Source: an uncultured Chloroflexia bacterium
GTDB taxonomy: Bacteria; Chloroflexota; Dehalococcoidia; UBA2979
Direction of reading: 5' to 3'
DNA: 64,000 nucleotides
Assembly (NCBI GenBank): GCA_963728205.1
Contig: CAVSIV010000001.1
Coordinates: forward strand, 1,024,001-1,088,000
Of this stretch, positions 29,635 to 39,215 are shown one piece after another; the stretch's first letter is position 1; each line of letters opens with the position of its first letter. The notes beneath the pieces are model-generated. The model had not been told where the DNA came from, did not search any database, and saw nothing but the letters and a program-made list of their open reading frames with translations. Both the position numbers and the translations under genes were made by a program.

Positions 29635-30536
29635 ATGATCCTGACCGCTGCGCTCCTCTGATCGTGCTGGCGGCGGCCGCGCACCTGGTCGGCGGGTTCG
29701 TGATCGCCGAGACGTTCACCCGCTCGAAGCGCCGCCGCGTGCACGGCACGCCGGCCGACCTCGGCCTCCGATACGAGGAGATCCAGTTCCTCACGGCCGA
29801 CCGCCTCGTGCTCCGCGGGTGGTTCCTCGACTCGCCCGGCGCCCGCGCGACCGCGGTGCTGGTCCACGACGTCGAGGGCACGCGGGCCGACGAGGTGCAG
29901 GGCCTCCTCCGCCTGCAGCGCGACTACGTCCGGCGCGGCTTCAACGTCTTCAGCTTCGACCTCCGCGGCCACGGCGAGTCGTCCGGCCGCCGCGACGGCC
30001 TCGGCTCGCACGAGCGCCTCGACGTGCAGGCCGCCGTCGCCTACGTGCGCCGGCGCACGGGCGGGCTGCCGATCTTCCTGCACGGCTTCGGGTTCGGCGC
30101 CTCGCTCGCGATCTCCGTCGCCGCGCGCGGCATCGACGTCGTCGGCGTGATCGCCGACTCGCCGTTCACGTCGATGGTCGCCTTCCTGCGGCACCGCCAC
30201 GCCCACGTCCCGAGGCACCTGTTCACGCTCGCGCTCGTGTTCGCCCGTCGGTTCTTCGGCGCAGATGCCCGCGAGCTCGCGCCGATCTCGGTAGTCGACG
30301 CCATCGAGATCCCGGTCATGTTCATCCACGCCGAGGGCGACCCGGTCGTCCCGGTCTCGCACACGCTGAACCTCGCGGCCGCGTCGCTCGACCCGCGCGA
30401 CCGCGTCTGGACGATCCCCGACGTGCTCGACCACTGCGGCTACTTCCTGCAGGCGCCCGAGACCTACCTCGGCCGCTGCGTCGGCTTCGTCGACCAGGTC
30501 GTGCCGGCCCGCCTGCTGCAGGCCCAGGCCGTCTAG
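29635..30536 (+). CDS. Alpha/beta hydrolase fold protein with N-terminal TM; frameshift at ~29658; nucleophile Ser absent
   Basis: AAAGGAG RBS before ATG 29635; FDLRGHGES, GFGFG in place of GxSxG, IHAEGDPVVP. Confidence 0.8.
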
Positions 30537-30566
30537 CGCTCCCGGCCCGCCGGGAAGCCCTCGCTC

Positions 30567-31613
30567 ATGCCCGAGCCGCGGGACGCCATCACCGATGTCC
30601 GCGGCGTCCGCGTGGGGCACTGGACCGACCGACGCGCCGCCACCGGCTGTACCGCGATCCTCTGTCCGGCCGGCACCGTCGGCGGCGTCGATGTGCGCGG
30701 CGCCGCCCCCGGGACGCGCGAGACCGAGCTGTTGCGCCCGGGGAACCTCGTCGAGGAGGTGCACGCGATCGTGCTGGCCGGCGGCTCGGCCTACGGGCTC
30801 GAGGCCGCGTCTGGCGTCATGCGCTACCTCGCCGAACGCGCGGTCGGCTTCCGCATGGGCGAGCAGGTCGTCCCGATCGTCCCGGCTGCGATCCTCTTCG
30901 ACCTCGGCACGGGGCGGGCGCGCTATCCGGACGCGAGCGCCGGCTATCGCGCCGCAGCCCGCGCCCGCGCCGGCCGCGTGCTCGAGGGCAGCGTCGGCGC
31001 CGGCACCGGAGCGACCGTGGCGAAGAGCGCCGGCCGCGATCGCGCACTCAAGGGCGGCCTGGGCACGGCGAGCGAACGGCTGGACACCGGCGTCACGGTC
31101 GGAGCGATCGCGGCGGTGAACGCCGTCGGCGGCATCCGCGACCCGCGTACCGCCGAGGTCGTCGCCGCGCCGCGGGGCGACGGCGCTCGCTCGCTCCTCG
31201 ACGTGGAGGCGATCTATCGCACGGGGCGACGGTGGGAAGAGCCCGCAGCCGCGCGGCGCGCCCCCGCGCCCGCCCCGGAACCCGACGGCCCGCGCCACAC
31301 CACGCTCGCCGTCGTCGCGACCGACGCGCGCCTCACGAAGACCGAGGCGAACCGGCTTGCCACCGTCGCCCACGACGCGCTCGCGCGCACGATCTGGCCC
31401 GTCCACACGCGCTCCGACGGCGACGTTGTCTTCGCGCTCGCGACCGGCGAGCGCGACCTGGTCGAGGGCGGCTATGCCGCGCTCGAGGCGATGACGACGC
31501 TGGCACTCGAGCGCGCCATCCTGCGCGGCGTCCGCCTCGCGACCGGCCTCGGCGGCGTGCCGTCCGCGGCCGAGTGGCTCCACCCGCAACGCCGGCGCCC
31601 CTCCGCGCGCTAG
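30567..31613 (+). CDS. P1/S58 (DmpA-like) peptidase
   Basis: ITDVRGVRVGH, DVRGAAPGTRET, GGSAYGL, GAGTGA, HTT, DGDVVF. Confidence 0.9.
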   Translation: MPEPRDAITDVRGVRVGHWTDRRAATGCTAILCPAGTVGGVDVRGAAPGTRETELLRPGNLVEEVHAIVLAGGSAYGLEAASGVMRYLAERAVGFRMGEQVVPIVPAAILFDLGTGRARYPDASAGYRAAARARAGRVLEGSVGAGTGATVAKSAGRDRALKGGLGTASERLDTGVTVGAIAAVNAVGGIRDPRTAEVVAAPRGDGARSLLDVEAIYRTGRRWEEPAAARRAPAPAPEPDGPRHTTLAVVATDARLTKTEANRLATVAHDALARTIWPVHTRSDGDVVFALATGERDLVEGGYAALEAMTTLALERAILRGVRLATGLGGVPSAAEWLHPQRRRPSAR

Positions 31614-31709
31614 GCGCTGCGACGGCGATCCCAAGCGGGTCTCGCTGTCCCGCCGATGCTCGCCGCTGCGCCGTCGTTCTCCGCGCGCCCTACCCGGCCG
31701 CCCCCCTCG

Positions 31710-31737
31710 TTGACACGCCTAGGCCCGAATCTATACT
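31710..31737 (+). promoter_or_regulatory. Sigma70-type promoter of panBC
   Basis: TTGACA-N16-TATACT. Confidence 0.8.
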
Positions 31738-31744
31738 TGCGCCA

Positions 31745-31853
31745 TCGGACCCCGCCCCGGCCGGTCGACCGCGAGAGGCGGCCAGGTCGCACGGACGGAC
31801 TCGATGCTGCTCCCCTGTTCCGCTTGGATCGCGAGACCGAGACGGAGGCCCTC
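31745..31853 (+). ncRNA. pan-motif-like cis-regulatory RNA
   Basis: Leader of panB with two stems each carrying bulged As, e.g. TCCGCTTGGATC-GCGA-GACCGAGACGGA. Confidence 0.7.
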
Positions 31854-32780
31854 ATGAACCGCATCACGGTGACCGACCTGCAGCAGATGCGCGACCGCGG
31901 CGAGCGCATCACGATGGTGACCGCCTACGACTACCCGAGCGCCCGGCTCGCGGATCAGGCGGGCATCCCGGTCATCCTCGTCGGCGACACGCTGGGGATG
32001 GTCGTCCTCGGCTACGACTCGACCGTCCCCGTCACCGTCGAAGACATGATTCACCACGGCAAGGCCGTCGTGCGCGGCGCCGAGCGTGCGCACGTGGTCG
32101 TCGACATGCCCTTCGGCTCGTACCAGACGGGCTGGCAGGACGCGCTGCGCAATGCCGTCCGCATCATGCAGGAGACCGGTTGCAGCGCCGTGAAGCTCGA
32201 AGGCGGCCAGCGCTCCGCGGAGACCGTCGCGCGCCTGGTCGAGGCCGGCGTGCCGGTGATGGGCCACATCGGCCTCACCCCGCAGTCGGTCAACGCGCTC
32301 GGCGGGTTCAAGGTGCAGGGCCGCACCCCTCGCGAGGCCGTCCACATCATCGAGGACGCCAAGGCTCTCGAGGCCGCCGGCGCCTACAGCATCGTCCTCG
32401 AGACCGTGCCGACCGCCCTCGCGCACATGATCAGCCAGCGCATCAGCGTGCCGACGATCGGCATCGGCGCGGGTCCGTTCTGCAGCGGCCAGGTCCAGGT
32501 GTGGCACGACATCCTCGGCCTCTTCGACGCCTTCACGCCGAAGCACGCCCGCCGCTTCGCCGAGGTCGGCGACGTCATTCGCGCGGCGCTCACCGGGTAT
32601 CGCGAACAGGTGGAGAGCGGCGCCTTCCCCACGAAGAAGGAGTCGTTCTACATGGACGAGCGCGCGCTCGAGCTGATCAAGCGCATGACGGCGTCCGACG
32701 CAGACGACATGAGCGACGCCGAGCGCGTGATGGCCGAGCTCGCCGAGGAGGCGCGCCGGCCGGACGCCCCGGGCGCGTAG
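31854..32780 (+). CDS. panB: 3-methyl-2-oxobutanoate hydroxymethyltransferase
   Basis: MVTAYD, LVGDTLGM, DMPFGSY, VKLEGG, GHIGLTPQS. Confidence 0.96.
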   Translation: MNRITVTDLQQMRDRGERITMVTAYDYPSARLADQAGIPVILVGDTLGMVVLGYDSTVPVTVEDMIHHGKAVVRGAERAHVVVDMPFGSYQTGWQDALRNAVRIMQETGCSAVKLEGGQRSAETVARLVEAGVPVMGHIGLTPQSVNALGGFKVQGRTPREAVHIIEDAKALEAAGAYSIVLETVPTALAHMISQRISVPTIGIGAGPFCSGQVQVWHDILGLFDAFTPKHARRFAEVGDVIRAALTGYREQVESGAFPTKKESFYMDERALELIKRMTASDADDMSDAERVMAELAEEARRPDAPGA

Positions 32781-32816
32781 CGCGCGCCCGGCCGACCCGC
32801 GGCCTCGCTCCCGCCG

Positions 32817-33656
32817 ATGTACGTCGCCCGCACCATCGCGGACCTCCGCGCCGCGCGCGCCGATCTGCCGTCGCCGCTCGGCTTCGTGCCGACGATGGGC
32901 TACCTCCACGACGGCCATCGCAGCCTGATCGATGCCGCGCGCCGCGACTGCGCGTCGGTCGCCGTGTCGATTTTCGTGAACCCCACGCAGTTCGGTCCGA
33001 ACGAAGACTTCGCGCGCTACCCGCGCGACGAGCCGGGCGACCTCGCGATGTGCGAGATCGCCGGCGCCGATGTCGTCTTCATGCCCGGCGTCGACGAGAT
33101 GTACCCCGCCGGTGCGAGCACGACCGTGCGCGTCGAGGGCGTGACCGGCGTGCTCGAGGGCGCCCATCGACCAGGCCACTTCGACGGCGTGGCGACAATC
33201 GTGACGAAGCTGTTCCACCTCGTGGAGCCCGACCGCGCGTACTTCGGGCGGAAGGATGCGCAGCAGCTGCTCGTGATCCGCAAGCTCGTCCGCGAGCTCG
33301 ACATGCCGGTCGAGATCGTCGGCTGCCCGATCGTGCGCGAGGCGGACGGCCTCGCGCGGTCATCGCGCAACGTCTACCTCACCGCCGACGAGCGCGCGCA
33401 GGCGCTGTCGCTCTCGCGCGGGCTGCGGATGGCGGAGGCCGCGTTCGCGGACGGGCTGGACGACGCCGACGAGCTGCGTGCAATCGTGCGCCGGGAGATC
33501 GAGCGCGAGCCGCTCGCGCGCATCGACTACGTCTCGCTCGCGGACGCGGCCACGGTCGTCGAGGTGACGGGCAGGGTCGCCGCGTCCGCCCTGCTCTCGG
33601 TCGCGGTCCGGTTCGGGGGCACGCGGCTCATCGACAACACGACGCTCGCGACATAA
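32817..33656 (+). CDS. panC: Pantoate--beta-alanine ligase
   Basis: VPTMGYLHDGH, FVNPTQF, RPGHFDGV, SSRN, RLIDN. Confidence 0.96.
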   Translation: MYVARTIADLRAARADLPSPLGFVPTMGYLHDGHRSLIDAARRDCASVAVSIFVNPTQFGPNEDFARYPRDEPGDLAMCEIAGADVVFMPGVDEMYPAGASTTVRVEGVTGVLEGAHRPGHFDGVATIVTKLFHLVEPDRAYFGRKDAQQLLVIRKLVRELDMPVEIVGCPIVREADGLARSSRNVYLTADERAQALSLSRGLRMAEAAFADGLDDADELRAIVRREIEREPLARIDYVSLADAATVVEVTGRVAASALLSVAVRFGGTRLIDNTTLAT

Positions 33657-33756
33657 CGCACCGGTGCAAAGGCACGCGGGTCCCGTCAGACACCACGGAC
33701 CGCGCCTGTTACGATGAGGCCCTGACCCGGTACCTGGAGCATTTCGGAGTAGTGAC

Positions 33757-34512
33757 GTGTCTGGTCACTCGAAGTGGTCGTCGATCAAGCACAAGAAGGC
33801 CGCGACCGACGCGAAGCGCGGTCAGCTCTTCACGAAGCTCGCGCGCGACATCACGATGGCGGCGCGTGGCAACCCGGACGTGGCGACGAACGCGGGGCTG
33901 CGCCTGGCGGTGCAGCGCGCGAAGGACAACAACGTCCCCAACACGAACATCGACCGCGCCATCCAGAAGGCGGCCGGCGGCGGCGATGCCGACAAGCTCG
34001 AGGAGATCGTCTACGAGGGCTATGGCCCGGGCGGCACGGCCGTGATCGTCGAGGTCGTCACCGACAACCGGAACCGCACCGTCGCCGACCTGCGTCTGGC
34101 GTTCTCGCGCACGGGGGGAAACCTCGCCGAGAACGGCACGGTCGCCTGGCAGTTCGACCTGCGCGGCCTGGTCACCGTGGACGCAGCGGGCGCCGACCCG
34201 GACGACATCCAGCTCGCGGCCATCGAGGCGGGCGCGCTGGACGTCGACGTCTCGGACGACGCCAGCGTCGTCGAGGTGATGACGCAGCCCGGCGACATGG
34301 AGGCGGTGCGCCAGGCACTCTCCGACGCGGGGTTCACGATCGAGAAGGCGGAGCTCTCGCGCATTCCCCAGAACACGGTGCCGCTCGACGAGCACGCGGC
34401 CGTGTCCGCGCTCAAGCTGCTCGAGCGGTTGGACGACCTCGACGACGTCTCGCGCGTCTACTCGAACGCGGACTTCCCGGACGAGGTGCTCGAGGCGGCG
34501 GCGTCCGCCTAG
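33757..34512 (+). CDS. yebC: YebC/PmpR family protein
   Basis: MSGHSKW, YEGYGPGG, TDNRNRT. Confidence 0.96.
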   Translation: MSGHSKWSSIKHKKAATDAKRGQLFTKLARDITMAARGNPDVATNAGLRLAVQRAKDNNVPNTNIDRAIQKAAGGGDADKLEEIVYEGYGPGGTAVIVEVVTDNRNRTVADLRLAFSRTGGNLAENGTVAWQFDLRGLVTVDAAGADPDDIQLAAIEAGALDVDVSDDASVVEVMTQPGDMEAVRQALSDAGFTIEKAELSRIPQNTVPLDEHAAVSALKLLERLDDLDDVSRVYSNADFPDEVLEAAASA

Positions 34513-34548
34513 AATCAGGGCCGGCCGGCGGGGGCGCTGGAGGCCGGA

Positions 34549-35058
34549 ATGACGAACGGACCCCGTCGGGTGCTCGGGATCGATCCCGGGCTGGGAGCCA
34601 CTGGCTTTGGGGTGATCGACGCGGACGGGGCGGACGTGCGCATGGTGGCCTGCGGCGTCCTGCGCACCCGTCCGTCTGAGCCGCGCGCCGTGCGGCTCGC
34701 CCGCATCCACGACACCGTCGCCGACCTCCTGGCCGCGCACCACGCGACCGAGCTCGCCATCGAGCAGCAATTTGTCGCCGAGAACGTGCGCTCCGCGATG
34801 GCGATTGGCGAGGCGCGCGCGGCGGCGATGGTGGCCGCGGCCCGCGCCGGCGTGCCCGTCTACGAGTTCGCGCCGACGGTCGTGAAGGAGTCGGTGGCAG
34901 GCTGGGGCGGCGCGCCGAAGGAGCAGGTGGCGCAGATGGTGATGCTGCAGCTGCACCTCGACGAGCCGCCGCACCCGCTGGACATCTCGGACGCGCTCGC
35001 GATCGCGCTCGCGCGCATCGCGGACGCGCGCCTCGACGACGCGCTGGCTCGCGTCTAA
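34549..35058 (+). CDS. ruvC: Holliday junction resolvase RuvC
   Basis: LGIDPG, AIEQQF, KEQV, DISDALAIA. Confidence 0.93.
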   Translation: MTNGPRRVLGIDPGLGATGFGVIDADGADVRMVACGVLRTRPSEPRAVRLARIHDTVADLLAAHHATELAIEQQFVAENVRSAMAIGEARAAAMVAAARAGVPVYEFAPTVVKESVAGWGGAPKEQVAQMVMLQLHLDEPPHPLDISDALAIALARIADARLDDALARV

Positions 35059-35076
35059 CGCCGTGGAGGTCAGCCC

Positions 35077-35707
35077 GTGATCGTCGCGCTCCGCGGCTGC
35101 CTGGCGCACTGGGACGAGCGCGCGTCCACGGTCTGGCTCGACGTCCAGGGCGTGACGTATGAGGTGCTGATCCCCGCGTTCGCCGCCGACTGGGTCTCCG
35201 CGCGCGCCGCGGGCGAGGAGCTGCGGCTCTTCACCTACTACCACGTCTCCGAGCGCAACCCGACCCCCGTCCTGATCGGCTTCCAGCACCAGGTCGAGCG
35301 TGATTTCTTCCGCAAGTTCATCGAGGTGCCGGACGTCGGGCCGACCAAGGCCGTTCGCGCGCTCACGCATCCCGTGCCGGAGATCGCGCGCTGGATCGAG
35401 GCGCAGGACGCGAAGGCGCTGCAGGCGCTGCCCGGCATCGGCGCGCGCCTCTCGCAGACGATCGTCGCCACGCTCAGCGGCAAGCTGCTCCAGGAGGCGC
35501 TGCTGCGGCCGGAGGCCGCGGAGGGCGACGGCCCGGGAGAGGTCGCGCCCGATCTGCGCGAGGACGCCGTCGCGGCGCTCACCTCGCTCCAGTACACCGC
35601 ACGGGAGGCGGATCAGCTCGTGGTCGAGGCGCTGCGTGCGCGCCCCGCGATTCGACTCGCTCGAGGAGCTCCTGCGCGTCGTGCTCGAACAGCAGGCGCC
35701 GGCCTGA
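35077..35707 (+). CDS. ruvA: Holliday junction branch migration protein RuvA; frameshift at ~35650
   Basis: LDVQGVTYEV, HhH motifs VPDVGPTK and LPGIG, DAVAALTSLQY; likely C-terminus DSLEELLRVVL in another frame. Confidence 0.85.
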
Positions 35708-36540
35708 TGCCGCTCCCGCGGCGCGAGCAGTGGCTGCTGTGGACCGGCGCGCTGCTGGCGGTCGCGTTCGTCCTCGTCTTCGGCGCGCTGGGCGTGGGGC
35801 GCGAGTCGGGACTCTGGACCGCGTCCGTGCTGCACGTCCGCGTCGGCGTCTGGGGCGTCGCGGTCACCATCCTGGCCCTCTTCCTCGCGCTGCAGCTCGC
35901 CCTCCAGGGGCGAGGCTCGCTCCAGCGCGAGCGCCGGCTCGTCCAGACCGCGGCGGCGCTGCGCGAGGCCACCGCGCAGCTCGAGCGCCTCGCGACCACG
36001 GATCCGCTCACGACCATGATGAACCGCCGCGCGTTCTTCGATCGCTACGGCGTCGAGTTCCGACGGTCGATGCGCTACGGCCGTCCGCTCGCCCTGGTGA
36101 TGATCGACCTCGACGACTTCAAGGACGTGAACGACCGCTGGGGGCACCCCTTCGGCGACTTCATGTTGGCCGAGCTCGCGCGGGTCGTCACGTCCAACGT
36201 CCGCGAGTCCGACGTCGTCGCCCGCTATGGCGGCGAGGAGTTCGTCCTGCTGCTCCCGGAGACCACGGTGGAAGCGGCGGCGCTGGTCGCCGAGAAGCTG
36301 CGCGCCGCCGTCGACGCCCACGAGTTCCGGTCGGAGGGCTTGCCCCCGCGCGGCCAGCCGGCCGTGCACGTCTCGGTGTCGGCGGGCGTCAGCGCGCTCC
36401 CCAGCGCCACGCCCGTGGACGGCGACGAGCTCATCAGCCGCGCCGATCGGGCGCTCTACCGCGCGAAGCGCTCGGGCAAGAACCAGGTGGTGATCGACGA
36501 CGGTCGCCCCGCGTCGCTCGCCTCGGGGGACGGCGGCTAG
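35707..36540 (+). CDS. Membrane-bound diguanylate cyclase (GGDEF)
   Basis: Two TM segments, DPLT, DLDDFKDVND, I-site RESD, GGEEF; ATG overlaps the ruvA stop. Confidence 0.9.
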   Translation: MPLPRREQWLLWTGALLAVAFVLVFGALGVGRESGLWTASVLHVRVGVWGVAVTILALFLALQLALQGRGSLQRERRLVQTAAALREATAQLERLATTDPLTTMMNRRAFFDRYGVEFRRSMRYGRPLALVMIDLDDFKDVNDRWGHPFGDFMLAELARVVTSNVRESDVVARYGGEEFVLLLPETTVEAAALVAEKLRAAVDAHEFRSEGLPPRGQPAVHVSVSAGVSALPSATPVDGDELISRADRALYRAKRSGKNQVVIDDGRPASLASGDGG

Positions 36541-36606
36541 GCGGCCCTCCCACCGGCCGGAGGCCGGTTCCAAACCGGTACACTGGACGGGCAGCAGGGG
36601 TATGCC

Positions 36607-38712
36607 GTGACGACCACCGAACCCGCCGTTCACTCCCGTTCGTTCCAGCTCGTCTCCGACTTCCAGCTCACCGGCGACCAGCCCGGCGCCGTGGAGGCGC
36701 TCGTGCGCGGCCTCGAGCAGGGCGAGCGCGCGCAGACGCTGAAGGGCGCCACCGGCACGGGCAAGACGTTCGCGATGGCGAACGTGATCCAGCGCTACCA
36801 GCGCCCCACGCTCGTCCTCGCGCCGAACCGCACGCTGGCCGCGCAGCTGGTCACCGAGTTCCGCGACTTCTTCCCGAGCAACGCCGTCGAGTACTTCGTC
36901 TCGTACTACGACTACTACCAGCCCGAGGCATACATCCCGCGCACCGACACCTACATCGCCAAGGACTCGGACATCAACGACGAGATCGACAAGATGCGCC
37001 ACGCGGCGACGCGCGCGCTCTTCGAACGTCGCGACGTCGTGATCGTGGCGTCGGTCTCCTGCATCTACGGCCTCGGCGAGCCCGGCGAATATCAGTCGTT
37101 CGTGGCGAACCTCTGGAAGGGGCGGCACGTCAACCGAGGCTCGCTCGTGCGGCAGCTCGTCGCGATGCAGTACGCGCGCAACGACCTCAACCTGATCCGC
37201 GGCACGTTCCGCGTGCGCGGTGACTCGCTGACCGTGATCCCCGCGTACGAGGACCTCGCGCTGCGCATCGACTTCTTCGGCGACGAGATCGAGCGCATCG
37301 TGACGCTCGACCCGCTGACCGGCGAGATCCTCGGCGAGGCCGAGCGCGCCGCGATCTACCCGGCGAAGCACTTCGTCACGTCGGCCGACCGGCTCGAGAC
37401 CGCGATGGCCACGATCCAGGAGGAGCTGGCGGAGCGGCTCGAGTTCCTGCGCTCGCAGGGCAAGCTGCTGGAGGCGCAGCGGCTGGAGGAGCGCACGCGC
37501 TACGACCTCGAGACGATGCGCGAGGTCGGCTACTGCTCCGGCATCGAGAACTACTCGCGGCACCTGGCCGGCCGCGCTCCCGGCTCCACGCCGTGGACGC
37601 TGCTCGACTATTTCCCCGACGACTGGCTGCTCTTCATCGACGAGTCACACATCGCCGTGCCGCAGGTGCGGGGCATGTTCCACGGCGACCGCTCGCGCAA
37701 GACCACGCTCGTGGACTTCGGGTTCCGCTTGCCGTCGGCGCTCGACAACCGGCCGCTGAACTTCGAGGAGTTCGAGCGTCACATCAACCAGGTGGTGTTC
37801 GTGTCGGCGACGCCCGGCCCGTACGAGCTGGACGTCTCGTCGCAGATTGTGGACCAGGTCATCCGCCCGACCGGCATCCTCGACCCGGAGGTCGAGGTGC
37901 GGCCGACCAGGGGCCAGATCGACGATCTGCTGAGCGAGGTGCGCCTGCGCATGGAGCGCAACGAACGCGTGCTCGTCACGACGCTCACCAAGAAGATGTC
38001 CGAGGATCTGAACGACTACCTGCAGGAGATGGGCGTGAAGTCCATGTACCTGCATTCCGAGATCGACACGCTGGAACGCATCGACATCCTGCGTGACCTG
38101 CGCCTGGGCGTGTACGACGTCGTCGTGGGCATCAACCTGCTGCGCGAGGGCCTGGACCTGCCGGAGGTGTCGCTGGTCTGCATCCTCGACGCCGACAAGG
38201 AGGGCTACCTCCGGTCGGGCGGGTCGCTCGTGCAGACGATCGGCCGCGCCGCGCGACACCCGATGGGCCGCGTCGTGATGTACGCCGACGTGATCACCGA
38301 CTCGATGCGCAAGGCGCTCGACGAGACGAACCACCGCCGCGAGGTGCAGGCCGCCTACAACGCGGAGCATGGCATCACGCCGCAGGGCATCGCGAAGACG
38401 ATCCGCGACATCAACGATCGGCTGCGACAGGTCGCCGAGACCGAAGCGGCCTACACGACGCCCTCCGAGCTGCCGCGCGAGGAGATCGCGCGCCTGGCGA
38501 ACGAGCTGGAGCGGCAGATGAAGCAGGCGGCGAAGGAGCTCGACTTCGAGCGTGCGGCGCTGCTGCGCGACCAGGTCGTTGAGCTGAAGTCGCAGCTCAT
38601 CGGCGGCGACGCGCCGGAGTCGCTGCGCAGCTACCTCGAGCCGACGAAGCGCCCGGAGCAGCGCAAGCAGCGCGGCGGGCGCACGCGGCCGGGCTCGGCG
38701 CGCCGGCGTTGA
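36607..38712 (+). CDS. uvrB: Excinuclease ABC subunit B
   Basis: [36 protein letters not shown]-terminal UVR domain. Confidence 0.98.
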   Translation: MTTTEPAVHSRSFQLVSDFQLTGDQPGAVEALVRGLEQGERAQTLKGATGTGKTFAMANVIQRYQRPTLVLAPNRTLAAQLVTEFRDFFPSNAVEYFVSYYDYYQPEAYIPRTDTYIAKDSDINDEIDKMRHAATRALFERRDVVIVASVSCIYGLGEPGEYQSFVANLWKGRHVNRGSLVRQLVAMQYARNDLNLIRGTFRVRGDSLTVIPAYEDLALRIDFFGDEIERIVTLDPLTGEILGEAERAAIYPAKHFVTSADRLETAMATIQEELAERLEFLRSQGKLLEAQRLEERTRYDLETMREVGYCSGIENYSRHLAGRAPGSTPWTLLDYFPDDWLLFIDESHIAVPQVRGMFHGDRSRKTTLVDFGFRLPSALDNRPLNFEEFERHINQVVFVSATPGPYELDVSSQIVDQVIRPTGILDPEVEVRPTRGQIDDLLSEVRLRMERNERVLVTTLTKKMSEDLNDYLQEMGVKSMYLHSEIDTLERIDILRDLRLGVYDVVVGINLLREGLDLPEVSLVCILDADKEGYLRSGGSLVQTIGRAARHPMGRVVMYADVITDSMRKALDETNHRREVQAAYNAEHGITPQGIAKTIRDINDRLRQVAETEAAYTTPSELPREEIARLANELERQMKQAAKELDFERAALLRDQVVELKSQLIGGDAPESLRSYLEPTKRPEQRKQRGGRTRPGSARRR

Positions 38713-38739
38713 TCGCCTGCAACGATTCGCTCTTCAACG

Positions 38740-38772
38740 AAGAACCCCCGGGGCGTCACCCCGGGGGTTCTT
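38740..38772. terminator. Hairpin terminator between uvrB and the convergent ncRNA
   Basis: AAGAACCCCCGGGG-CGTCA-CCCCGGGGGTTCTT perfect 14-bp stem. Confidence 0.8.
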
Positions 38773-39015
38773 GATCGTCTGCTTCTGCGCTCGGCGGGTA
38801 AGGCTCCGGGCAAGCCCGGTACTCTCTGCTCCTCGGGGAGGGGCTGCCGCCCCTGGGTGGCCGGCGTGCATCCAGCCGACCGGTGCGCACCTATCCGATC
38901 AGGTTGCCCCCGGAGAAATTGAGGCCTGCCGTCCGAGTCGCGAGCGACGACGAGCCATCCGGATCATCTTCGTGCTTCAAGGGCGGAATCCTCCCTTCCG
39001 GGTTGCAGTACACCT
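38773..39015 (-). ncRNA. Structured ncRNA candidate (6S/Ms1-like rod)
   Basis: Long self-complementary rod at 38773-38951 with internal bubble and branched apex; -10 TACTAT at 39022-39027 (minus); terminator at the 3' end. Confidence 0.6.
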
Positions 39016-39215
39016 GTACCGATAGTATCGGCGATCCCCGCAAACGGAGCAGGGGGCGGCTGGTGCGCCGAGCGAGCCGCCTCAGGTGGAGGCCGTCTCC
39101 CGCGCTATCGCGCATGCAAGCACGCTGCCGCATGTGCCCGCGCGCACAACCCCGGCCACGCCCACGCGCGGCCGTCCGTACCCTGTGTCGACGAGCGCAC
39201 GGCGGAGGAGGTTCT

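Noticed and set aside
29659-29661. TGA after MILTAALL as a second Sec codon
   Set aside because: The downstream coding sequence is in a different frame, so it is a frameshift rather than read-through
29819-34045. Very long alternative-frame ORFs (also 51155-55699, 58844-62719, 33709-37563, 24665-27895)
   Set aside because: Arg/Ala/Pro-rich or antisense shadow frames of real genes, expected from stop-codon scarcity at high GC
35077-36540. Apparent RuvA-GGDEF fusion (487-aa ORF)
   Set aside because: A one-base frameshift at ~35650 explains it; the RuvA C-terminus lies in another frame and stops at 35707, where the cyclase ATG begins
38985-39005. CCCGGAAGGGAG (minus) resembling SRP RNA domain IV
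   Set aside because: Flanking CAGG and AGCA(G/A) internal-loop motifs are absent, so not called ffs
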